A DNA stretch of 64,000 bases, taken from the NCBI GenBank assembly GCA_035084275.1, contig CM068757.1, forward strand, positions 9,858,001 through 9,922,000, in the 5' to 3' direction. The translations under genes were made by a program, and so were the position numbers. This document shows positions 11,364 through 22,118 of the stretch, in pieces. The notes under the pieces are model-generated. The model made no database searches. It had not been told where the DNA came from and saw only the letters and a list, made by a program, of their open reading frames with translations. Source of the DNA: Hydrolagus colliei. Its lineage: Eukaryota. Positions within the stretch are counted from its first letter, which is position 1. Every line of letters begins with the position of its first letter.

Positions 11364-12488
11364 TCATTCAAAGATAGCCTTCTTTTTGAATGAGCCCCGT
11401 TTCGACGGCAACTCAAAGATGGGTGCCATGAGAGTGATGCCCTCCGATTCCATGCTCTGTGCGCTAATGTTCGGGGTGGGCACCTTGACTGTGTTTCCAA
11501 ACTTGGAGTAATCGACCGAGTACTTCCCGTCTTCCTCCGTCACCACCGGCACAAAGCGATGGCCCCAGAGGATCTCGTCGGACAAGTAGGAGGTCCTGGC
11601 TTGGGTGGTGATGCCCGTCGTCTCCACCACCCCCTCTAGGACCACAATGACCTCCAGCTCCTGGCGTTGGAGATCGGCGGGCTTCACCGTGTACAGGGGA
11701 CTGTCCTTGTCGATGATGTGCGAGATGACCAGCGGAGACACCAGGAAGATGCCATTGGTGTCCACCGGGTTGTCCATGCGGATGTCGATCTGGTTGAGGG
11801 GCTGGACCTCGCCTTCCTCGGTCTCGGTCTTGCAGACCACCTGCATGCGGATGCTGGCGCTGATGATCATGCTCTTCCTCAGGTCGCCCACCCTGAACAT
11901 GAAGCACAGCTGGCTGTGCCTGGGGGCGATGACGGCGTGCTTGCTGAAGATGAGGGTCTCGGCGCGCCGGTGGGCTTGCGAGGTCTTCATGAAGATGCAG
12001 CCCAGCATGATGGCGTTGATGACCAGCCCCACGATGTTCTGGACGATGAGCACGGTGATGGCGCTCGGACACTCCTCGGTGATCATGCGGCCGCCGAAGC
12101 CTATGGTCACCTGCACCTCGATGGAGAAGAGGAAGGCGGAGGTGAAGGAGTGGATGCTGGTGATGCACGGCTGGTTGCTGGACGGGCGATGGAGGTCACC
12201 GTGGGCGAAGGCGATGAGCCACCAGATCATGGCAAACAGCAGCCAACTGCACAGGAAGCTCATGGTGAACACCACCAGGGTATAGGGCCACTTGAAGTCC
12301 ACCAGGGTGGTGAAGACATCCTGGAGAAAGCGGCCCTGCTCTTGGATATTGGTGTGAGCCACATTGCAGGTGCCGTTCTTGGCTACGAAGCGAGCCTGGC
12401 GTCTCCTCTCCTTGAAGATGGGCTGGGACACGTCCTCTGCCAGACGCAGCACATACTGCTCGGGTCGGAGCGCTTTGCTGGCCAGCAT
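11364..12488 (-). CDS. KCNJ11: ATP-sensitive inward-rectifier K+ channel Kir6.2, single coding exon, 374 aa
   Basis: TIGFG selectivity filter, [15 protein letters not shown], short turret, FSKH (K185), [12 protein letters not shown] (R201), YSKFGN (G334). Intronless and directly downstream of ABCC8. Confidence 0.97.
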   Translation of the reverse strand: MLASKALRPEQYVLRLAEDVSQPIFKERRRQARFVAKNGTCNVAHTNIQEQGRFLQDVFTTLVDFKWPYTLVVFTMSFLCSWLLFAMIWWLIAFAHGDLHRPSSNQPCITSIHSFTSAFLFSIEVQVTIGFGGRMITEECPSAITVLIVQNIVGLVINAIMLGCIFMKTSQAHRRAETLIFSKHAVIAPRHSQLCFMFRVGDLRKSMIISASIRMQVVCKTETEEGEVQPLNQIDIRMDNPVDTNGIFLVSPLVISHIIDKDSPLYTVKPADLQRQELEVIVVLEGVVETTGITTQARTSYLSDEILWGHRFVPVVTEEDGKYSVDYSKFGNTVKVPTPNISAQSMESEGITLMAPIFELPSKRGSFKKKAIFE

Positions 12489-12642
12489 GCCTGGCCCATG
12501 CTATAGGCGGCCGGTTGAGGAGGTTGGGTTGGTGGGGCTGTGCCGTGGGTAGATGTGATGGGGGGGGGGGGAGACAGTGAGAGCTGGAGCTGTTCTGAGC
12601 TGGAGCTGGACTGACCTGTCGGTGTTACTGTTTTTAGGGGAC

Positions 12643-12666
12643 GAAGGAAGGAAGGAAGGAAGGAAG
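12643..12666. repeat. (GAAG)6 microsatellite in the KCNJ11 5' region
   Basis: Directly visible. Confidence 0.9.
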
Positions 12667-12899
12667 GACGTGCTTTTTTCCCTGTGTTGCCGAGTTCCTC
12701 TCCGATTCCAGCAGAACAGCTGCCCACGCCAGTCAGTACAGCAATCGGATATGTATGTGAGCTCAGTGAGGCAGTAGCTACAAGGCTGCAGTTAAACAGG
12801 GAAGAGGGGGGAGGGTGGCGATTGGCACAGAAGGTGTCGGGGGAGAAGGAGGGGAGATGGTTGTAGGAAGGGATTAGACAGTGTTTTGAGAGAACTGAG

Positions 12900-13330
12900 A
12901 GATGTTAATGTTCCTGGTGTGTGGGTGGGTGGGTGAGATGGATCCTGTTGTGATTTGCTGGATACTGTTTGGAGGATCCCGTCATTTGCCAGAACTGTCC
13001 ACACAATCCCCTCTCGGGAAACCTCCGACCGAACATTGCGATTTGGGAAACGGTGGATTAAATGTGGCGGAGGATGCGGGTGGGAATGGGAGTGAGACGC
13101 GCTGTCAGAGGCTGATGGACATTTTCAGAGGCTGTGGGTGGTCCTGAGTTTGGTGTGTCGTACGCGGGGCATGTTTAAAAAAAGGAATTGCCCTGGAGGG
13201 AGTGGGGGAGGGGGGGGGGTTAAACCGGGTATCCTTTGAGTTAAACTGTCTCCAAGGTGACATTCCTGGCGATGGGATATCAGAATGGAGCCTGTCCTCA
13301 GTGACGCACTCTTATCTAGTCCAGTTCCTC
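12900..13330 (-). promoter_or_regulatory. Probable KCNJ11 promoter or 5' region
   Basis: GC/CpG-enriched unique sequence with G-rich Sp/KLF-like tracts and a GATA motif (cttatct), upstream of the CDS. The TSS cannot be determined. Confidence 0.35.
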
Positions 13331-15173
13331 AGCTGAATGAATCCGCAGTAATCTAGGGCACTGCTGGTGACAGCCCAGCCTGGCTCATCGACAGGACTCC
13401 CCAAGGACAGACCAGTCACTGAGGGGGCAGGGATTGATCCCATTCAGCTCCTGTTAATCCTCCAAAGCCCTGATGTGTGGGTTGGTCCTAGATAGATGGA
13501 CAAGCAGAGGGAAAGCTTGCCGATCAGCAGTTTAAGGAATTGTCACCGCGGGAACTGAACTCAAAGGGTCCCACATCCAGAAACATTAACAACGGATTTC
13601 TACAGACGAAGGAACGCTTTGTGTATTTGTTTCAAGCTTTAGGGTGCTTAAAGTAATATGAAAACAGAATATAATGAGTAATATGCATACAACGTCTTTA
13701 ATTATCAAACAATATTTTTTTTCCGGGGAGGTTGGTAATGTTTACCTCGAATGAACTGAAGGGTCTTGTCTATACAGTATTACAGTGGGCAGGAAGTTTT
13801 CCGCATTGAGATGTAAAAATATTGCTATCAATAGCGTTTGGAATTGTGGTAAACTGAAAGTGAACTAGGATTTGTTCCCCCAAAAATGTTTTGACTTGTC
13901 CTTGTTTACTTTTAAAGGTTTCAATGTATGTATGAGCCTAGATTTGAAACTAGATCAATTTTAAAATATATATATGTGTGTGTGTTGTGTACTATATATA
14001 TTGCTAAATTCTGGAGAGTATTATGCGTAGACCGAAAAGAGCCAAGGGTTAGGGACCCCAGAGAATGTGTTGAGATACTGCTGTAGTTTAACTAGTTTAA
14101 AAGCCCTGTATCTGGCCATTGTGTACATTGACGCCTCACACTACACGACCAGCCTTACCCATTAGGGATTGAGTTTGCAGGATTAACAGGAGCTGATTGG
14201 AAATAATTCTTGCTCCCAATGCCTTTCCAAACACGGCTGGTGAGCCACGGCTTGTCCAGCAGTAATGTGAACCTGCCTGGCTCAGGAACTGTATTGACTA
14301 AGACTGCCACAGTTTGCCTCCATTCTGATAGTATCCTCCAAACATGTAACCTTGCAGCCAGATTAGCTCCATGGAGACCCTGCTGAGATTCTTCTGCCCC
14401 ACCACCCCCCACCCACCTCAGTGTTAGGCACATGGAGATCCTGAGGCACAGGTACCACAATGAGAATTGAGGCAAAATGCAAGCTTTCATTTGTGTCCAT
14501 TTTTTATCTTGTCCCATATTTCTTTATTAGTGTCAGGGGGCATTAGCGAAGTTGACCAGAGTTGTGGGATCTTGTGAACTCGTGAATAAAATGTCGTGGT
14601 CTTGGTGAAGGGAGTAATGTATTAGTGTGTATCAGGTTTTATGTGGTGATTCAACATGGAAAGTTAAGGAAATAGACCATTTGTCCCATTAGACTCCCTT
14701 GTGTGAAATCCAGGTTATTTCATTGCCTGTTATGCAAAAGTCTTGACCTTCCCTTTAATTTGTGTCCTTTTATAGACGTAACACCTCGGAGTAAAAAATT
14801 ATTTAAGCTTCTTGGCTGCAGGGAGAATGCCTTTTGTACCAAGGCTAAGCATTTCTGATTTTTGTCCCCCACCTGGTGATTTTAAGGCAATAAATAAACA
14901 CCATATCAAATGCACAAAGTTTTAAAACAAAGCTGATTTGACTTCCTTCAATGTTGTAGCCTCAATGTAACACTATCAATAATAATCCTTGCATTTGATA
15001 TAGCACCTTTTTACATGATGGTGATTCAAGGTACTTCACAAGATATACCGTAAAGTCGTTTTGACTGTGTTTTGTGGGTGAAATCAAGTGTTTTTAAAGT
15101 TTATATTGTACAGGAATGGGAGAGGGATGTCTCTTCGACAATAGGAACAGCACACAATCCTTGCAAATCTACC

Positions 15174-15179
15174 TTTATT
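15174..15179 (-). terminator. Candidate ABCC8 polyadenylation signal AATAAA
   Basis: tttatt 44 nt past the ABCC8 stop codon. Confidence 0.4.
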
Positions 15180-15222
15180 TACAAATAAGACATTAAGAGA
15201 AATTATAGCCAATATCCAGATG

Positions 15223-15360
15223 TTATTTGTCCGCACGTACAAAAGATGCAAACATTCCATCCACACATTCCAACAAAGTGTTCGGGGTGTCGTACTCCTG
15301 AATTTGTCCTCTTCTCATCACGATCACTAAATCTGCTTTCAAAATCGTGTGTACTCGATG
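15223..15360 (-). CDS. ABCC8: SUR1 exon 39 (last): [10 protein letters not shown]...FASFVRADK*
   Basis: ctcctAG acceptor, 138 nt, TAA stop. Confidence 0.95.
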   Translation of the reverse strand, partial: HRVHTILKADLVIVMRRGQIQEYDTPNTLLECVDGMFASFVRADK

Positions 15361-17486
15361 CTAGGAGATAAAAGGCACAGGGAGCATGTTAATATCCGCA
15401 GAACAGGCAGGTTCCTTCACCGTCTGGGAGCTTTCTGTATGTGCTTTTAGTCACTGACAGCACATACACAATTTCAATTTCAGCCAAAATGCCAATCTCT
15501 GCCCCTGCTGGTGTTAAACTTAACAGTGCTGAAAAGCAAAAGTTATAGAGGTATCAGGTTAAGAAGCAAGTTATCACCCAAAACTACTTTTGTTAGTGCC
15601 AGTCAGTGTTTTAGTTGCAAGAATGAAACATGCTGTTTGTCACCCTCTTGCAAATGACATACACATCACCTCTTGAAACAGCTCTACAGATGGGACTTCA
15701 CCAGAGCTGCAAAGGTACTATCCCATGACAGCAAGTTGGCCACAGAATCATTTTCTTGAACAGTGCCCTTGTTTAGAACTAAGATCTGGTCTGCATCCAG
15801 AAGGAGGGAAACCCGAGGCTATGAAGGTAAAGGAGCAAAGATCTTTCAGTGTTGCATATCTCTGAACTGGAGTAATGAAGCATTGCCTGTGCTAGCAATA
15901 TGTCTTCTCTCAAATGTTTACCGCCCACTATTTCTCTCATTTCACTGTTATATTCATTGATTTATAGCCTGGTCTAACAACAAAATGTAGAAATATTTGC
16001 CAAAATTACAGGGAAATTTGGTCCCACAAGTTTCAGTTGTGGCAGGGAGGGAGGAGCTGGGTTTTGTGTGCAAGCAGCGATGAAGTAAATTTATACATCA
16101 TTACCTTTCAGGATCAGTAATAGAATCATTAATCTCTCCCAGTGGATGGGCTTCACAGCTGGAAGCCATTCTCTCTTACCATGTCAATCATTTTGTTCTC
16201 AATCATTCTGCAGGCAGTTGTAACACCAGTTTTACTTTTTGATTAATATCTATGTGCAATAACATTTACTTGTCCAAATTTATCAACTCCATTATTACAG
16301 CAACTACTATTACATTATCATTCAATTGAATGATTTTATTCGAAGAGAATTGACTATTTGGCAAGTTGAGGGAGTCTATTAAAATTATTATTTGGGGGGG
16401 TGGGGGTGGAAAAAAACAAAGAATTCCTGTAACTCAGTGGTTAGAGCAATTGCCATGCAAGTGAGACACCTGGGCTTGAATCCAGGCAGGGAAACAGATT
16501 GGGCAAGTTTCCACACGCCTTTGTTTTCCGAGTCGTAAATAGGAACCCGTTGACAGTCAACTGGCAGATTGCTATTTGGATATTAATCCTTCAAAAAATT
16601 GTGGTCACTCAATCCACAACTGTTTGTGGGGGACATTGCTGTGCACAATTGGCTGCCATGTTTTGCCCACAAATATACAGTATATTCTGTGAAATGCTTT
16701 GAGACATCTAGAAGATGTGATAAGGCACTATACCAAATGCAAGAATTATTATTACTCAGACCGATATTAGGACATGGGACCCTCTTATCAAACAATGGTG
16801 GATGCAGAATCTACAATAGCTTTTAAAAGGAATTAGATAAATATTAAAAGCATAAAAATGGAAGAGGGAAAGAATAGGACTAAATGGAAAGTATTTTCAG
16901 ATTGGTACAATGGACCAGATGGTCTCTTCTGCTGTAATCCAATGACTAATAATATTTTCATACTAAGTCCTGTGACAGCAGTTAAGTATTTTTCACTGGA
17001 ATCTTCAAAGGAAAACATCGCCTTAGCCATTACACCAGCAACAATATTGTGCCTGTAGTTCTCTCCGGGCCTTAGGTGCCTGCCTACATTCATTGTTAAT
17101 TTCTAATTGACTGGCAGTATATGTCCACTCTACTATTCCACCTCCAGATTACGATTCTTCATGAACTCTGATTCTGGCACTAAACATTTGGTTTAATTTC
17201 AAAATAACCATTTACTTCTCAGATTCATATTGCTAAATGAGAGAATCCAATGTCCATCCAGTTTACGTTCCACCATCCTAGTAGTTGTATGCACACGTCA
17301 TGTCCTAAATAACATACTGTATCCCACAATCTTATCAAGTTTCCAGCACCTTGGGCTATCCTCCCGACGTGAAAGGCGCTCTATAAATGTAATTTTGTTG
17401 TATTTCCTAAAATAAATTATCTCATTTGCTTTTGAAAGAATTGACAATGCATGTTTTAATGTAGCAGAAAAAAAGTTGTCACTTAC

Positions 17487-17549
17487 AGCTATTGTCACAA
17501 CCGTGCGATCAGCAAACGCTGTCATTACCACCTTCTGCAAAATATTTTC
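17487..17549 (-). CDS. ABCC8: SUR1 exon 38: ENILQKVVMTAFADRTVVTIA
   Basis: 63 nt, AG/GTAAGT. Confidence 0.95.
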
Positions 17550-18448
17550 CTGCAAGAAAAAAAAGGCTCGATCACACCTACAAAGTCCAAATCACACTAG
17601 TAGTGGAATTATTCACTGCTAGTAATAGGATGGTATAGAGGAAAGCAATGAATGTGATCCTCAGTTTTAAAGGGATTAGCAATGTGCAAATGTGCCAGTC
17701 CTAAACTGGCTCTTCAGACAAAGAGACTTCTTGAAAGAGGCGATTAAGCTGCCGAACAAAATAGAGGATGTAAACTCCCAATGAGATTTCCGGTACGAGA
17801 TAGGAAGTGCTGTTTCCACACTGAAACTCTTAACTCATGTTTCAAACTAAGGCCCCTCCAGACACAAGAAGTCTATGGCAGGGAGACAACTCGTATCGTA
17901 TACAAAGCACAACAATGATCATGTATATCATATCATCACACCTCATCAACTCAGCAAAATTGAAAGCTCTTTACACCTCTTAAATTATTCACAAGTGTGG
18001 GTTGACTGACTATTACAGGGAAATTGATCAAGGAACAATAATGCTCTGTCAGAACATCCTCCATGGTTTTTTTTGTCTAGTATTACTTATGTGCATGTGA
18101 CCACCAGGAAGGTGAACTGGGTGGACTTTGGTCTTTTTTCATCTAGCATTTCTTATGTTACTTCTTAAAACTTTTATCATTAATATCCACTCGCACACCC
18201 ATACAAAGCAGTCGCTGATTGTCAATTAGGTTCATGGGCTTAAGTTCATGGGCTTAAATTCCATTTGTCTCCACCTTGTGGACACAATGAAGAGTCAAAC
18301 TGATCCTCTTGCACTGGGACATACTTGTGCGCAGGTCATACACAATTAGTTTAATCACACAAAATATTTTCTCACCAAGTTGATTTCACAGGGCAAGAGA
18401 CACATCATGCCAGTATTGCAAAAGTTCTTCTGCTGAGCTCTAGTTTCA

Positions 18449-18679
<231 letters not shown>

Positions 18680-19519
18680 TCACTATTTATTCCTTTGACA
18701 GAACACTAACCTTCCTATTCTTTGCTAAATCCTTTCTAATGAAAAAGTTTACAACTACACAGAGGTGTGCAAGAATGCCAGAGCTTGTAAGGCATAGTTA
18801 TAACCTGGGTTAATAGAAAAGTACAGAAATGTTTGTTAAAAAATGTGGGGAAATTTGCCAAATTTGAAGAAACGTGGGGTTTGATTGGTGCTATTGAGGT
18901 ACATTTTACTGCCAACCTACAATTTTTCACTTTTCTATAAAAAGCATTTGATTTAAATTGGTCCTTTGGGCCTTTGTATATCATGTCTGTTTGCTTCATG
19001 CTCAAGTTAAATTCACTGTTTTTTATCTGCTTATTTTTAGAACAGGAGGGTACAGAGGAAAGCAATGAATGTGATCCTTAGACTCAAAGAGACTTCTCAA
19101 AGGGAATCTTCTTGAAAGAAACATACATCCAGTGCTAGTAAAAGAACACTCGGCAGTATGCATCTGTACACTTATCAACAATTTCTCCTAGCTCAACAAG
19201 GTACTCGTCTTCAACTGAATATTGCACTGAAAGTGCAGAACTTCCAACAATGTAGTGCTTCCCCAGAACTTCACTTGAGTGTCAGCTGATCTGAGTTAAC
19301 GCACTGCTTTTATGCACCAACACCATTGCCTTCTTATAAAGTCAGCAACCCATTGAGGTTGACCACAATGAAACAGTGGAGTTTATCATGTTGTATTCAA
19401 GTGGCCATAACTTTTCTTAGGAGGACTTTTACACAGTATAGGACCTACCGTAGTTAAAACATTGCATAGAGTTATTACATTTTATTTCAGGTTACCATTA
19501 TAACAATATTAACCATTAC

Positions 19520-19623
19520 CTAAACCTCCAGGTAATGCTTTCACCACGTGCTTTAGCTGTGCAATCTCCAGAGCCTCCCACAGCATGCTGTCTGTGCACT
19601 TTTTCTCTGGATCCAAATTGAAC
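19520..19623 (-). CDS. ABCC8: SUR1 exon 36: FNLDPEKKC...KALPGGL
   Basis: 104 nt, AG/GTAATG. Confidence 0.95.
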
Positions 19624-20670
19624 CTGTCACAGAAAGCACTTTTACAAAATATTCTTACTAAATCCACTTTCGACTCAGCTTATAATTTACTATATTTCAG
19701 TAATATGGGAATTGCACCTTCCAAACCACTCTAAAACTTTCACTGATGCACACAGCTGCTCACAGGCACAAGACACAGAACAATAGATTCACATTACCCA
19801 TGGAAATAGTGACAAAGGGGCAGAAGCACAAGAACATTTTGGATGAAAAAGGCACCTCAGCCCATTTGACTTAATCTTTCTCTATACTATTCTCCCATCA
19901 CAACTTAATATCCTGGTCTCAACCACCCTTTCTTACAACCTGTTCCAGTTGTTCATTACCGTCTGGGCTCCAGCACCTTGGGACATCTTCCTGATGTGAA
20001 AGGCACTATACAAAAGTAATTTTTTTGTTGTAATAGGTAAAACATTTTTTTCCTGGCATCCGCCTCAAATTTGCTCTTAGCAACCCTAAATATGGGTCCT
20101 GTTGTTCTATTGTCTTTACTTTCCAATCCCATTGACAATTTCATTCTCCTCTAGCTCAAAAGTGGAATAAATGAGGAAGTAAAATGAAATATGGAAGTGC
20201 CAGTCACAGACAAGATGTTGTATTGCCCCCTTCTATGTTAAGTGAGTGGGCGGAGGCTTGGGGTTGGTTGTAAGGGATATACAGAGGTAGTTCTAATCTA
20301 AACTTATTCCTGTGTTGCTGAGACTGATGTGGAGATGGGGTGGTGACCCATTCACATTGTCTGTACAGGGAAGGAGGATTGAGTGGTGCAGATACACATC
20401 TATACTGCAGTTACGAGGAGCACCCAGGTTTTACAAGACACTGCAGGAGTTGTACAATAAAGGCCGGAGATTGGGATACTACACTGTTAATTGGCTCCAA
20501 AACATTTCTGTGATTAAATTAATCAATAAAAAATAAATAGATAACCTATCTGAACAATGTACACTTAAAATATTCAACACTTTCAGCTGCCAGGGCTCAT
20601 ACCAACCTGCCGCCTCTTTGCCCCCCCCCCCCCCCCCCCCCCCCACTTCCCCCCAATGGACTGCCACTCA

Positions 20671-20799
<129 letters not shown>

Positions 20800-21096
20800 T
20801 CATCTTATTCAGCACTCATTTCTCTGCACTAGGGAACGGCGATATGGGATTTTTCCGGATATGGATATATCCGTTTGCTCATACCTGCTTAAACCGATCT
20901 ATCGAGTTTTTATACTGCGCATGCGCGTGCATTTAAGGTGCGCGCTCAGTCGCGGTGCGCGCGCATTGACGGTGCGTCCGCAATGACGATGCGCGCGCAG
21001 TCGCGGTGCACGTACATTTCGAAATGCGTGCTCTAGGTCCAGAAAGTTTGTAATGTTGGTGTCAAGGTCTGTTGAATTATACGATGTTGTTTGCTC

Positions 21097-21390
21097 CCTA
21101 CCTCCCCCTCCTCTCCTCTCCTTCTCTCCCTCCCTCTCTCCCCCCTCTCCTTCTCTCCCTCCCCCTCCACTCTCCCTCTCTCCTCTCCCTCTTCCCTGTC
21201 TCCTCTCCCTCCTTTCCCCCTCTCCTTTTCTCCCTCCCTCCTTTTCCTCTCTTCCTCTCTCCTTCTCTCCCTCCTTTCCCCTCGCTACTTCTCTCCCTCC
21301 TTTCCCCCTCTCATTCTCTCCCTCCCTCTCCTCTCTTCCTCTCTCCTTCTCTCCCAACTTTCCCCCTCTCCTTCTCTCGCTCCATCTCTA
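21097..21390. repeat. CT-rich low-complexity tract inside the hAT element
   Basis: Directly visible. Confidence 0.9.
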
Positions 21391-21677
21391 AACACAAAAT
21401 AGAACACACACACCAAAAACAAAATCTAGAGATTTATTCTCCTCCATTTCTTGCTTGAAAGTAGCATGTAATGTCCACGTGTAAATGAGATCTATTACAA
21501 TAGAAAAGCGAGAGACAGACAGTCTGACTGTTAGAGTTAGAAGCCAGATTATCACTGCTGTGTGTGTCTAGTCAGACACACACAGCAGTGATAATCTGGC
21601 TTCTAACTCTCTCACACACAAAAATAACACTTACAGCCACAAAATGCCACTTATTTTTATGTAGTCTGAAGTCTGAA

Positions 21678-22118
21678 TTAATGTCCTTCGCTATGTGGTT
21701 TGTACCTGGGGTCCAGTTCGTTTAGGAGTTGCTTAAACCCAAGCGTCTCAACAATCGCCATTGGCAAGCTCTCCTTTGCTATGCAAAAAGTGATAGCGTT
21801 CGTGATACTTTGCCACTTTTTGTCCCCTCTCTGGTACAATGTTCTCCTCTTAAATAAAGCAGGAATTGTTTGAGCTGCACTGGCCCCACTACCTGTCGCT
21901 TTCTCCGAAGCGCTGGTTCGACTTCCTGCTGTTGTCGACAATGATTTCGCTCTGAGGGCAGCGTGCTGGGCGGGGTGGTGCTGCTTAATGTGATGTCGCA
22001 GGTTGCTCGTGCTCGAATCAGATGTCTTAACCAAGACCTTGCAAACTGTACATCTATACACACCATTACTGACTGCATTGTTTTCAAAGTAGTCCCATAC
22101 GGGGCTTCTTTTTCCCAT
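21678..22118 (-). pseudogene. Truncated hAT transposase N-terminus (BED zinc finger plus following helical region), 146 aa
   Basis: RSPVWDYF...CTVC...TSNLRHHIKQHH, then ITNAITFCIAKESLPMAIVETLGFKQLLNELDPRY. No DDE catalytic domain. Confidence 0.9.

Noticed and set aside
11464-12552. 226-279 aa ORFs overlapping KCNJ11 on the opposite strand or in other frames
   Set aside because: Expected from extreme GC3 bias, which depletes stops in shadow frames; no domain features.
15361-17486. A SUR2A-like alternative last exon in intron 38
   Set aside because: I looked for an acceptor followed by an HRV-like frame and found none by eye; a tBLASTn would be definitive.
20899-21458. E/G/R-rich and S/P/L-rich ORFs
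   Set aside because: Translations of the CT-rich tract in the hAT element.
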